The notes beneath the pieces were generated by a model that worked only from the letters and a program-made list of their open reading frames with translations, did not search any database and was not told the origin of the DNA. A DNA stretch of 13,751 bases. Origin: an uncultured Pseudomonadota bacterium (lineage in GTDB: Bacteria > SAR324 > NAC60-12). Location: positions 1-13,751 of the forward strand of contig CAJWCD010000103.1 in assembly GCA_913020725.1 (NCBI GenBank), in the 5' to 3' direction. The translations under genes were made by a program, and so were the position numbers. Positions 1 through 7,742 of the stretch are shown in pieces (the first letter of the stretch is position 1; each line of letters begins with the position of its first letter).

Positions 1-923
1 GAAAACTGCTCCATCTGCTCAAGTATCTCGATGGCCTGAAACGAGAGCGGCACCAGATGCTCACGGCGCATCTTCATCCTCGCGGGGGGAATGGTCCATG
101 TCGGCTCGTCGCTGCGGGGGTCGAACTCCCGCCACTCGGCATGGCGAAGCTCCCCGGTGCGGACGAAGGTGTAGATCATGAAGCGCATGGCCAGCTTGGT
201 GACGGGGTGGCCGTCGTACTCGTCCAGACGGTGCAGGAATTCCGGAAGCTCGTCGGGCCTGAGCGCGGCCAAGTGCTTGACGGTCTTCGCCGTGAGCGCC
301 CCGCGCAGGTCAACGGCGGGGTTGTGCTGGCACTGCCCCGTGACAATGCCGTAGCGGAACACGCCCTCACAACGCTGACGCGCCCGGTGTGCGGCCTCGT
401 GCTTCTCCTGCATCTCCAGCCCCCGCAGTGCCGCCAGCATCTCCTGTGCGTCAATCTCCGTGATCGGGCGGTGGCCGATTTCCGGAAAGACGTGCATCTC
501 CAAGCCACGGCGTACCCGCTTGCAATGCTCGTCGGTCCAGCGCGGCCCCTGCTTCTGCATCCACTCCAAGGCGACTTTCATGAAGGTGGTGGCCTGTGTC
601 TGCTCCGCCTTTTCCTGCTGTCGCTTCTGCTCCTGCCGCTGCCTTTTTCGCTCCCACCTTGCCTCAAGGGGGTCAATCTCGTCCCGGAGCATTTTCCGCG
701 CATCCTTCCGGCAGTTGCGGGCCTCCGTCAGTGACACCTCCGGCCACACACCAAGGGCCAAGGTCTTCTCCTTGTCGTCAAAGCTGTATTTCATCCGCCA
801 GTATTTCGAGCCGTTGGGGTGGACGAGCAAGTGCATGCCGCCGCCGTCTGAAAGCTTGTACTGCTTTTCTGCGGGCTTGGCCTGCTTGATGGTCAACTCG
901 GTGAGCTTGTTGGTCGGTCGCAT
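1..923 (-). CDS. P4-like tyrosine recombinase/integrase (3' end outside window)
   Basis: Hand translation from ATG at 923 (AGAAAGG upstream) gives MRPTNKLTELTIKQAKPAEKQYKLSDGGGMHLLVHPNGSKYWRMKYSFDDKEKTLALGVWPEVSLTEA, an arm-binding domain. The same frame later reads YTFVRTGELRHAEWREFD...WTIPPARMKMRREHLVPLS, with the catalytic Arg box and Lys. The frame reaches the left edge without a stop, so it is missing from the ORF track. Confidence 0.95.
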   Translation of the reverse strand, partial: MRPTNKLTELTIKQAKPAEKQYKLSDGGGMHLLVHPNGSKYWRMKYSFDDKEKTLALGVWPEVSLTEARNCRKDARKMLRDEIDPLEARWERKRQRQEQKRQQEKAEQTQATTFMKVALEWMQKQGPRWTDEHCKRVRRGLEMHVFPEIGHRPITEIDAQEMLAALRGLEMQEKHEAAHRARQRCEGVFRYGIVTGQCQHNPAVDLRGALTAKTVKHLAALRPDELPEFLHRLDEYDGHPVTKLAMRFMIYTFVRTGELRHAEWREFDPRSDEPTWTIPPARMKMRREHLVPLSFQAIEILEQMEQF

Positions 924-939
924 GGTTGCCTTTCTTGCA

Positions 940-1118
940 TGGGGTACAAACAGGGATTATGACGGCCTGAGCCGCATCAAGGCCAGTGTTTGCAACGCCT
1001 GAACCCGAAGATTCCCTGTTTGAAGCAGGCCCGTCTTGCCCCGTAATCCTGCTTTTATTGGGGTATATTTGCTTTATCCAGAGGGGTGAAACTCTCTGCC
1101 CTCTAGTATGTACCCCCT
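940..1118. repeat. Putative integrase arm-type binding repeats (GGGGTAYA)
   Basis: TGGGGTACAAA at 940-950, TTGGGGTATATTT at 1058-1070 and the inverted copy TATGTACCCCCT at 1107-1118. Confidence 0.6.
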
Positions 1119-1269
1119 AATCATGGCGTTAGGTAGTGGACAACGCAAGCGGATAATTCAGGACAATAGCGGAAGGGTTATGGCGTGTAACTCCAGTGTT
1201 TTCAAGGAGTCTCAAGGAATTGGTGGGGTGCGGTAAGCGTGAAATTCTGGAAGGTACTGAAAGGAAGGA

Positions 1270-1356
1270 TGGTGCCCGGAGCGGGAATCGAACCCGCACG
1301 ACCGTTCGGTCGAAGGATTTTAAGTCCTTTGCGTCTACCAGTTCCGCCATCCGGGC
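1270..1356 (-). tRNA. tRNA-Leu(TAA)
   Basis: Reverse complement folds fully: acceptor GCCCGGA/TCCGGGC, anticodon arm AAGGA-CTTAAAA-TCCTT, long variable arm CGACC/GGTCG, T arm GCGGG-TTCGATT-CCCGC, discriminator A and encoded CCA. Confidence 0.98.
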
Positions 1357-1422
1357 GTGACCAACATGGTTCCAGCCCCGGAGTGAACAGTCAATCTGGC
1401 GGTGGAAGCGAACGAGGATTTT

Positions 1423-1887
1423 TCATCCGGAGAGGTAGCCCGCGCCGCTGATCTTGATGGTTGCCAGCGAGCGGTCACGCCAGGTCCGGAGGGTGTTGTA
1501 GAGCGGGTTGCCCTCAGCACGAATGGAAAAAGCTCGGTTGTTGCGGATGAGCATGATGAGGTTCTGCGAGTCGTAGTAGCGCATTTCCAGCCGCGTGGTG
1601 AAGTTGGGGCCGTGAAAAGCGGCGAGCAGGATGTAGCTGAGCCGTTCTCGTCGGTATTGCCGAGGCGAGGACCGCCTGACGATCAGGGCAACTGACGAAT
1701 CCCGCGTGGCGAGGTCGCAAACCTGTTCGGCACACTTGATCGTGTGAAAGCGCGTCTGTTGGATCAGCAGATTCAGCACCCCGATGGTCTCATTGAGTTC
1801 CGTGTGCTTCCGTGCGGCGGAGGCGGAGGTGCCCATGCCCCACAGCAGGGCGGCGCAGCATCCGGCTACAAAAAACAGTTGCCTCAT
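1423..1887 (-). CDS. Hypothetical secreted protein (154 aa)
   Basis: Internal ATG at 1887 of the 1423..2019 ORF, with GGAAGG upstream. The N-terminus MRQLFFVAGCCAALLWGMGTSASA looks like a signal peptide. It fills the gap between the tRNA and the next gene. No family recognised. Confidence 0.7.
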   Translation of the reverse strand: MRQLFFVAGCCAALLWGMGTSASAARKHTELNETIGVLNLLIQQTRFHTIKCAEQVCDLATRDSSVALIVRRSSPRQYRRERLSYILLAAFHGPNFTTRLEMRYYDSQNLIMLIRNNRAFSIRAEGNPLYNTLRTWRDRSLATIKISGAGYLSG

Positions 1888-2017
1888 CTCTTCCTTCCAT
1901 GCGAGAATGAACATGCACCCAAAAAAATGGCGGAACGGGCTTGCATGTTTTCCCAACTCTCTGCAAACTCTGACCCATTCACGCCACCAACCCACAACTC
2001 GTGACTTAGGAGACCCC

Positions 2018-2965
2018 ATGCGACTCGTCTGGAAAGGATTGATGACGGCCTTGCTGGCCCTGACCCTCTGCCTGCCCGCTTACGCCAAGAAGGTACCGGT
2101 GGGGATGCTCGCCAACCCGCAGGGCAAGGTGGAGTACACCAAGAACGGCAAGAAGTGGAAGAAGGTCCGCCGCAACAAATTCATGTACAAGGGCTACATG
2201 GTCCGCCTCGGAGCCGACAGTTCCGTGCAGTTCATCAACCAGAACACCGGGGAGTCCATCGCACTGACGGCCAATTCTGAGGCCAAAGTGACTCCGGAAG
2301 GGCTGGAAGCCGTGAAGGGTGAGCTAGGAGCCAAGGAGACCAACGACCTGCTCTCCGGAATGTCGAAAAAATTTGCGAAGACGCAGAAGTACACGACAGT
2401 CCGGCGCTCCGCCAAAAAGGAGGGCATCCAGCTCAAACCAGGGCATCATGTCGTTACCTCGGATTTCCCGGAGATCGGCTGGGAAAGTGTGGGGTCAACG
2501 TACAGCTACCGTCTGCACATTGGGCAGAAAGACAAAAAGACCAAGAAATGGGCCGACACAGAGGTGCTGGAGGTCCCGGCCGTTGTGGACGATTTAGTGC
2601 GGGTGCAGGTTCAGCCACCCAAGAAACACATGAGATACTATGTTGAAGTCCTCGACGGTTCCAAGGTGGTGTTCACAACAAAACAACGTCATTTCAAAAG
2701 AATGACGAAGAAAAAGCTCCAGAAGTTCGATTCACAGAGCAAAAAAATTCAAGAAATGGACTCCTCGGGTTTTCTTTATGCTGGTGTTTTGAAAGACAAT
2801 GGGTTACTCTTGCCCGCGATGGAATCGTATGAACGTTTTTTCGCAGAGAGTGCGGATGATGAGGACATCAACGAGTTGAGACCGTTTTTAGTGGAGGTGT
2901 ATTCAAGGTTGGGGCTGAGCTTACGCAAAGCCAAGCTCCTCAGGGAGTACAAAACCAACCTCTGA
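2018..2965 (+). CDS. Secreted Lys-rich hypothetical protein (315 aa) with a possible FecR-like N-terminal beta domain
   Basis: AGGAGA at 2008-2013 precedes the ATG at 2018. Signal peptide MRLVWKGLMTALLALTLCLPAYA. The segment GKVEYTKNGKKWKKV...GYMVRLGADSSVQF resembles the start of FecR-type beta domains. The C-terminus is helical and TPR-like. Confidence 0.8.
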   Translation: MRLVWKGLMTALLALTLCLPAYAKKVPVGMLANPQGKVEYTKNGKKWKKVRRNKFMYKGYMVRLGADSSVQFINQNTGESIALTANSEAKVTPEGLEAVKGELGAKETNDLLSGMSKKFAKTQKYTTVRRSAKKEGIQLKPGHHVVTSDFPEIGWESVGSTYSYRLHIGQKDKKTKKWADTEVLEVPAVVDDLVRVQVQPPKKHMRYYVEVLDGSKVVFTTKQRHFKRMTKKKLQKFDSQSKKIQEMDSSGFLYAGVLKDNGLLLPAMESYERFFAESADDEDINELRPFLVEVYSRLGLSLRKAKLLREYKTNL

Positions 2966-2976
2966 TTGCCTCCACC

Positions 2977-3005
2977 GGACAGGGTACCGGGGGGGTGCCC
3001 TGTCC
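2977..3005. terminator. Stem-loop between convergent genes (probable terminator)
   Basis: GGACAGGGTACC-GGGGG-GGTGCCCTGTCC, a 12-bp stem with one G-U pair, lies between the stops at 2965 and 3011. It is followed by TTCTCT, a weak U tract. Confidence 0.6.
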
Positions 3006-3010
3006 TTCTC

Positions 3011-4453
3011 TCAAAGGACGGGTGCTGGTCGCACGGTCTGTGCGTCTGGAAACCGCTCCTGCCATTTCCTGACTTCTCCTACAAACACATCGACCTGCTG
3101 AGGTGCAGATCCCATAAAGCGTCCGGGATCATCCAGCACCTTGCAAATGTCTTCCAACGCAAGTGGCAGTCGCTCGTCGGACGCGAGCCGTTCCGGCAGG
3201 TTGTTATCGGTGCGGACGCCGTCCCGCAACTCCTGAGCGGTGGCAACGGCGTGTTCCTTGATGACCTCGTGGGCGACTTCACGGCCACTGCCGCGCCGGA
3301 CCGCTTCCATGAGTAGAGCGGTGGTGGCGAGGAAGGGCAATTCGCGCTCGATCTCCGCCTGAATCGCAGCTTCGTAAAAACCCATCTCATCGAGAACCGT
3401 GAGGGCCGCTTCAAGCTGTCCGTCTGCCGCGAAGAACGCCCCCGGAAGTGCCACCCTCCGCACCACGGAACAGGCCACGTCCCCCTCGTTCCACTGGTCT
3501 CCGGACAACCCCATCAGCATGTTTGCAAAACCGTTGAGGATTTGGTGGAAACCGCCGATGCGCTCGCAGGTCCGGGCGTTCATCTTGTGGGGCATCGCTG
3601 AGGAACCGACCTGCCCTTTCCGGAAACCTTCAGAAGCGAGTCCCTGCCCGGCCATCAGCCGCAGGGTTTTTGCAAAGCTGGAAAGCGGGGAACTGAGCGT
3701 GAAGAGCGCCTGCACGGCCTCGGCATCCAAACTTCGGGGATACACCTGACCAACCGCGTTGAGCGATGCCGGGCACTTGAGGTGGGTGCGGATTTGCTCC
3801 GTGAGTTGCTGTACCTTCTCGCCATCGCCAAGCAGTTGCCACTGGTCGAACTGGGTACCGACCGCCCCCTGCAAGCCTCGGATGGGATAGGTTTCCGCAA
3901 GGTGATCGAGCCGCTGGAGGGCTTGTAGCAGTTCCTCGCCGAACATCGCCAGCCGCTTGCCCACCGTTGTTGGTTGGGCCGGAACGTTGTGGGTGCGGGC
4001 AACGAGTAGCAGACTGCGGGTGCGGGAGGCCCAATCCGACATACGCAGCAAGACCGCAACCGCCTTGGTCCGCAGCAAGTCGAGGGAACGCAACACCTGA
4101 AGTTGCTCCACGTTGTCAGTGAGGTCACGGCTGGTGAGACCCATGTGGACGTACTCGTGTCCAGCGAGGGCACAGAATTCCTCGATGCGGGCCTTGACAT
4201 CATGCCGCAGGATGCGTTCGCGTTCGGCAATGCTGGCAAGATCGACTTGGTTGCGGACCTGCTCGTAGTCGGCAATGGCGGCTTCCGGAATGGCGACACC
4301 GAGCGAGTGCTGCGCCCGCATCACGGCGATCCAGAATTCGCGCTCCAGCCGCACCTTGCCCTCCGGAGACCAAATCACGCACATCGCCGTGCTGGCGTAG
4401 CGTGAGGCAAGAATGTCAGGGATTTTCTTAGCGGTAGCAGGAGAACCGCTCAT
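3011..4453 (-). CDS. purB: Adenylosuccinate lyase
   Basis: 480 aa. Fumarate-lyase signature GSSAMPHKMN, plus LASRYAS, RHDVKA, HMGLTSRD and RTHNVPAQPTT. Confidence 0.96.
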   Translation of the reverse strand: MSGSPATAKKIPDILASRYASTAMCVIWSPEGKVRLEREFWIAVMRAQHSLGVAIPEAAIADYEQVRNQVDLASIAERERILRHDVKARIEEFCALAGHEYVHMGLTSRDLTDNVEQLQVLRSLDLLRTKAVAVLLRMSDWASRTRSLLLVARTHNVPAQPTTVGKRLAMFGEELLQALQRLDHLAETYPIRGLQGAVGTQFDQWQLLGDGEKVQQLTEQIRTHLKCPASLNAVGQVYPRSLDAEAVQALFTLSSPLSSFAKTLRLMAGQGLASEGFRKGQVGSSAMPHKMNARTCERIGGFHQILNGFANMLMGLSGDQWNEGDVACSVVRRVALPGAFFAADGQLEAALTVLDEMGFYEAAIQAEIERELPFLATTALLMEAVRRGSGREVAHEVIKEHAVATAQELRDGVRTDNNLPERLASDERLPLALEDICKVLDDPGRFMGSAPQQVDVFVGEVRKWQERFPDAQTVRPAPVL

Positions 4454-5427
4454 TTGTAAAGACCGACGCGGCTGCGGACCCGAGCCAGCACTTCTCGTGC
4501 AACCAGCTTGGCCTTGTCGCGTCCGGCTTCAAGGATGCCTTCGAGCTGTTCCGGATTGCTGCGCAGGGCGTTGTAGCGTTCGCGGGCGTCGGCCAGTTCC
4601 GCATTCACGCGCTCAAAGCAAAGCTGCTTGGCCTCGCCGTAGCCCAAGCCTCCGGCGCGATAGCGTTCAGCTAGAGCAGCTTGTTCATCCTCGTTGGCGA
4701 AACAACGGTAGAGCGCAAAGACCCCGCAGGTGTCCGGATCCTTGAGTTCCTCCACCGTCTTGGAGTCGGTCTGCATCTTCATCACTGCCTTGCGCAGCGT
4801 CTGCACCGGTGCAAAGAGCGGGATGATGTTGTTGTAGGACTTGCTCATCTTCTGTCCGTCCAGCCCCGGAATCGTGGCCACCTTGTTCTCAATCAACGCC
4901 TCCGGAACCACAAGGGCTTCACCGAAGGTGTTGTTGAAGTGGATCGCCATGTCGCGGGTCATCTCCAAGTGCTGCTGCTGGTCCTTGCCCACCGGCACGA
5001 AATTGGTGTCGTAGAGCAGGATGTCCGCTGCCATCAGGATGGGGTAGTTGTACAGCCCCATGTTGATCTCCTGCCCCTTCGTGGAAGCGTCCTTGAAGGC
5101 ATGGGCGCGGTCGAGCAAGCCTTTGCCCGTGACGCAGGAGAGCATCCACGTCAGTTCAGTGACTTCCGGGACATCCGACTGCCGATAGAAGGTGTGGCGG
5201 TCAAAGTCCATCCCCAACGCGGCAAAAGTCGCGGTCAGGTCATAGGTGTACTCTTGGAGCAGTGGCGCCTCGCGGAGCGTTGTGAGGGCATGGTAATCCG
5301 CGATAAAATAAAAGGTTTCGTGGATTTCCTGAAGCTTAAGGGCAGGGCGGATCATGCCCAGATAGTTCCCCAAGTGGGGCGTTCCCGTGGGCTTGATCCC
5401 GGAGAGTGAGCGGAGTGTCGCCGTCAT
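4450..5427 (-). CDS. trpS: Tryptophanyl-tRNA synthetase
   Basis: [16 protein letters not shown] (HIGH-like), [32 protein letters not shown] and KMSKS. Confidence 0.98.
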   Translation of the reverse strand: MTATLRSLSGIKPTGTPHLGNYLGMIRPALKLQEIHETFYFIADYHALTTLREAPLLQEYTYDLTATFAALGMDFDRHTFYRQSDVPEVTELTWMLSCVTGKGLLDRAHAFKDASTKGQEINMGLYNYPILMAADILLYDTNFVPVGKDQQQHLEMTRDMAIHFNNTFGEALVVPEALIENKVATIPGLDGQKMSKSYNNIIPLFAPVQTLRKAVMKMQTDSKTVEELKDPDTCGVFALYRCFANEDEQAALAERYRAGGLGYGEAKQLCFERVNAELADARERYNALRSNPEQLEGILEAGRDKAKLVAREVLARVRSRVGLYK

Positions 5428-5705
5428 GCTCCGGCGGCGGCAGTCTCGGCGGTGGCGATGATGTGGATCGACCTCCGGTTCCTCGGGCCTCCCTTGTGAA
5501 ACTTCACAAAGCCATCGATCAGCGCAAAGAGCGTGAAATCGTTGCCAGTGCCGACGTTCTTGCCGGCGTGGAAGCTGGAGCCGACTTGGCGGACGAGAAT
5601 ATTGCCAGCGCGGACAAACTCCCCGCCGAATTTCTTGACGCCACGGCGCTTGCCTGCGGAGTCGCGTCCATTGTGGCTACTGCCACCTGCTTTCTTGTGT
5701 GCCAT
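5424..5705 (-). CDS. rpmA: 50S ribosomal protein L27
   Basis: [29 protein letters not shown]...GNILVRQ...[16 protein letters not shown]. Confidence 0.98.
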   Translation of the reverse strand: MAHKKAGGSSHNGRDSAGKRRGVKKFGGEFVRAGNILVRQVGSSFHAGKNVGTGNDFTLFALIDGFVKFHKGGPRNRRSIHIIATAETAAAGA

Positions 5706-5735
5706 CGTGCGATACGGAGTTGGGGTTCAAAGTCG

Positions 5736-6050
5736 TCAGGATTGGATCGCGTCGATCTTCACGACCGTGTGCCGTTGGCGGTGCCCCTGCTTCTTGCGGT
5801 AGCCCTTGCGGCGCTTGCGCTTGAAGATGATGATCTTCTTGGCCTTGCGCTCTTCCACCACCGTGCCCTGAATCTTGGCTCCGGCAACGAGCGGCTGGCC
5901 GACTTGCACCTCACCGTCGTCCTGACTGACGAGCAACACCTGATCGTTCTCGTAGGCGTCCCCAGGTTGGGCTTCAAAGCGGTTCATCCAAACGGTCTCT
6001 CCGGGACTCACCCGAAGTTGGTGTCCGCCGGCGCGAATAATTGCGTACAT
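5736..6050 (-). CDS. rplU: 50S ribosomal protein L21
   Basis: [17 protein letters not shown]...[24 protein letters not shown]. It lies directly upstream of rpmA. Confidence 0.98.
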   Translation of the reverse strand: MYAIIRAGGHQLRVSPGETVWMNRFEAQPGDAYENDQVLLVSQDDGEVQVGQPLVAGAKIQGTVVEERKAKKIIIFKRKRRKGYRKKQGHRQRHTVVKIDAIQS

Positions 6051-6093
6051 GGTCTTACTGTCCTGATTGGGGTCTCAAATGAGCAAACCCTAT

Positions 6094-6122
6094 TTTATAG
6101 CGGGTTCCCGGGCGCTTGGCAA
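6094..6122 (-). promoter_or_regulatory. Putative sigma70 promoter of the rplU operon
   Basis: Minus-strand TTGCCA (6122-6117), 17-nt spacer, TATAAA (6099-6094), 43 nt upstream of the rplU ATG. Confidence 0.55.
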
Positions 6123-6191
6123 GGCATTTCGATACCAAAGCCCTTCACAGCCCAACCTAACACCTTTGAGGTTTCGAGAGGCAAGTATGTG

Positions 6192-6200
6192 TGGTATACT
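6192..6200 (+). promoter_or_regulatory. Putative extended -10 promoter of the atp cluster
   Basis: TGGTATACT matches TGn-TATAcT. There is no convincing -35 element. Confidence 0.45.
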
Positions 6201-6252
6201 ATTTTTCGAACGAAATCAAGTCCACTCAAACAAACACTCTCACGCTCTCAGC

Positions 6253-6507
6253 ATGCCCAGACTCAACCCCCGCTTGCTGATGTACAGTTCATTGGGCGTG
6301 GAACTCGGCCTTTCCGTGGTGGTCGGATTCTGGCTGGGAAGCTGGCTGGACGGGGTGTTCGACACTGATCCGTGGCTGCTGTTCGTCTTTGGGCTGGCGG
6401 GAATCGTGGCAGGCTACCGCAGCATCTACCGGCTGCACCGCCGAGTGCAGCAGGACAGTCGTGAGGAGTCCGGCGACTCCACGTCTTCGACACCGAACAA
6501 CGGATGA
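6253..6507 (+). CDS. atpZ: AtpZ/AtpI-family small membrane protein (ATP synthase gene-1 family)
   Basis: SSLGVELGLSVVVGFWLGSWLD...TDPWLLFVFGLAGIVAGYRSIY, two TM helices typical of the family. It is the first gene of the Fo cluster. The start is uncertain (6253 or 6280). Confidence 0.85.
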   Translation: MPRLNPRLLMYSSLGVELGLSVVVGFWLGSWLDGVFDTDPWLLFVFGLAGIVAGYRSIYRLHRRVQQDSREESGDSTSSTPNNG

Positions 6508-6926
6508 CCCCGGACGTTTCCGAAACCGAGACCAATCCCAGCACCGCGATTTCCCGGACTCTGGTTCGGATCCGCAACCTCCTCTTCGTCGTCAGTGCTG
6601 GGTTGGCCTTAGCCACAAGCCCCTTCGGACTTGACGTGGTGGTGGGTTCTCTGATAGGATCAACAGTTGTGGTTTTAAACGTGCTGGGTTCAGCATGGCC
6701 CATCCGGCAGTTGTTGCTGCATCAGCGCATTCACCCCATGCTCGTGCTGTTCCAACTGCTCAAGTTGGGGCTATCCGGAGTGGTGCTGTACTTGGCTATC
6801 CTCCACTTTGAAGTTTCGGCAACTGGATTGCTCATTGGGCTTTCCAACATCATCTTGACCTCGCTGCTCTACACCGTCCTGAATTCTGGGTCTCCCGGCA
6901 ACGAATCGCCTCCTACAAACACCTAA
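6504..6926 (+). CDS. atpI: ATP synthase subunit I-like membrane protein
   Basis: 140 aa with about four hydrophobic segments. ATGA overlap with the upstream gene and TAATG overlap with atpB. Assignment is mostly positional. Confidence 0.75.
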   Translation: MTPDVSETETNPSTAISRTLVRIRNLLFVVSAGLALATSPFGLDVVVGSLIGSTVVVLNVLGSAWPIRQLLLHQRIHPMLVLFQLLKLGLSGVVLYLAILHFEVSATGLLIGLSNIILTSLLYTVLNSGSPGNESPPTNT

Positions 6927-7708
6927 TGCTTTGCAAACGACTCGGACTCGTTGGTTTTTTTCTTATGCTGGCCTCCCCGGTGTTTGCCGCAGCGGGCGGA
7001 TTCACATGGTCGCACCTCCTGCTCGGCTGGCTGGAGGCACCGCTAGTGGAATGGGGCATTGACCCTTTGCCGATTCTGGACATGCTGATCGTCGCGGTCG
7101 TACTGATCGTGGTCGCCTTCATCGCGGGGAAACCCTTCCGCAGCACTGAGATGCGCGAACCCACAGGACAGGCCGACTTGGCGCACTTCGCAGAAGTCAC
7201 GGTGGACGGAATTTTGTCCTTCTTGAGTGGAATCATTAAACACGGCGTGGGCGCACGTCCGGTGTTGCCACTGCTGGGAACCTATGGCCTTTTCATCCTC
7301 TTCCTCAACCTTTCCGGTCTGATTCCGGGCTTCAACCCGCCGACCGATCAGTTCAACGTCACCATTGCTTTTGCCGTCATCATTTTCGTATTGACGCACT
7401 ATCTGGGGATCAAGCAGAACGGTAGCCACTACATCAAGCAGTTTTTGGGGCCGATGCCCGTGCTCGTCCCTCTGATGCTTCCTATCGAAATCATCAGCCA
7501 TCTCGTCCGACCCCTCTCGCTCTCCATCCGCTTGTTTGGGAACATGACGGGAGACCACAAGGTGGTGTTGATCTTCTCCGCGATCTTAGCGGTGGGTCTG
7601 CCTATCCCCTTCATGGGCATGGGTATTTTGGTGTCAGTGCTGCAAGCCTTCGTGTTTGTGTTACTGTCCGCCATTTATTTTGAAATGGCGATGAGTGAAG
7701 CTCACTGA
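6926..7708 (+). CDS. atpB: F0F1 ATP synthase subunit a
   Basis: [30 protein letters not shown] (essential Arg) and [13 protein letters not shown]. Confidence 0.98.
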   Translation: MLCKRLGLVGFFLMLASPVFAAAGGFTWSHLLLGWLEAPLVEWGIDPLPILDMLIVAVVLIVVAFIAGKPFRSTEMREPTGQADLAHFAEVTVDGILSFLSGIIKHGVGARPVLPLLGTYGLFILFLNLSGLIPGFNPPTDQFNVTIAFAVIIFVLTHYLGIKQNGSHYIKQFLGPMPVLVPLMLPIEIISHLVRPLSLSIRLFGNMTGDHKVVLIFSAILAVGLPIPFMGMGILVSVLQAFVFVLLSAIYFEMAMSEAH

Positions 7709-7742
7709 TCGCAAAACCTCAATCAACGGAACAAGGAATTCC

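Larger units (their letters stand above)
1..1269. mobile_element. End of an integrative element/genomic island inserted at tRNA-Leu(TAA)
   Basis: The integrase lies 346 bp downstream of the tRNA 3' end and is co-oriented with it, with arm-type repeats in between. This is the classic layout of tRNA-targeted P4-like elements. Confidence 0.85.

Noticed and set aside
590..657. Q/R/K/E-rich stretch in the integrase (WERKRQRQEQKRQQEKAEQ) with low-complexity DNA
   Set aside because: It is a charged helical linker after the arm-binding domain, not a regular tandem repeat.
57..1002. ORFs 57..734, 460..1002 and 596..889 (+), and 176..508 and 451..657 (-)
   Set aside because: They are antisense or off-frame shadows of the integrase frame, which carries the recognisable motifs.
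1129..1451. ORFs 1129..1350 and 1239..1451
   Set aside because: They are translations of the tRNA-Leu gene and its antisense strand (MAELVDAKDLKS is a typical tRNA shadow).
1784..2019. Long N-terminal extensions of ORFs 1784..2965 and 1423..2019
   Set aside because: They would overlap each other head to head. The internal ATGs at 2018 and 1887 have SD sequences and signal peptides.
6069..6090. Small hairpin in the rplU leader as a possible L21-leader-like regulatory RNA
   Set aside because: The stem is short and bulged. It cannot be supported without a covariance-model search.
4681..6368. Long plus-strand ORFs 4681..5409 and 5406..6368
   Set aside because: They are antisense to trpS, rpmA and rplU, as expected in GC-rich coding DNA, and have no recognisable motifs.
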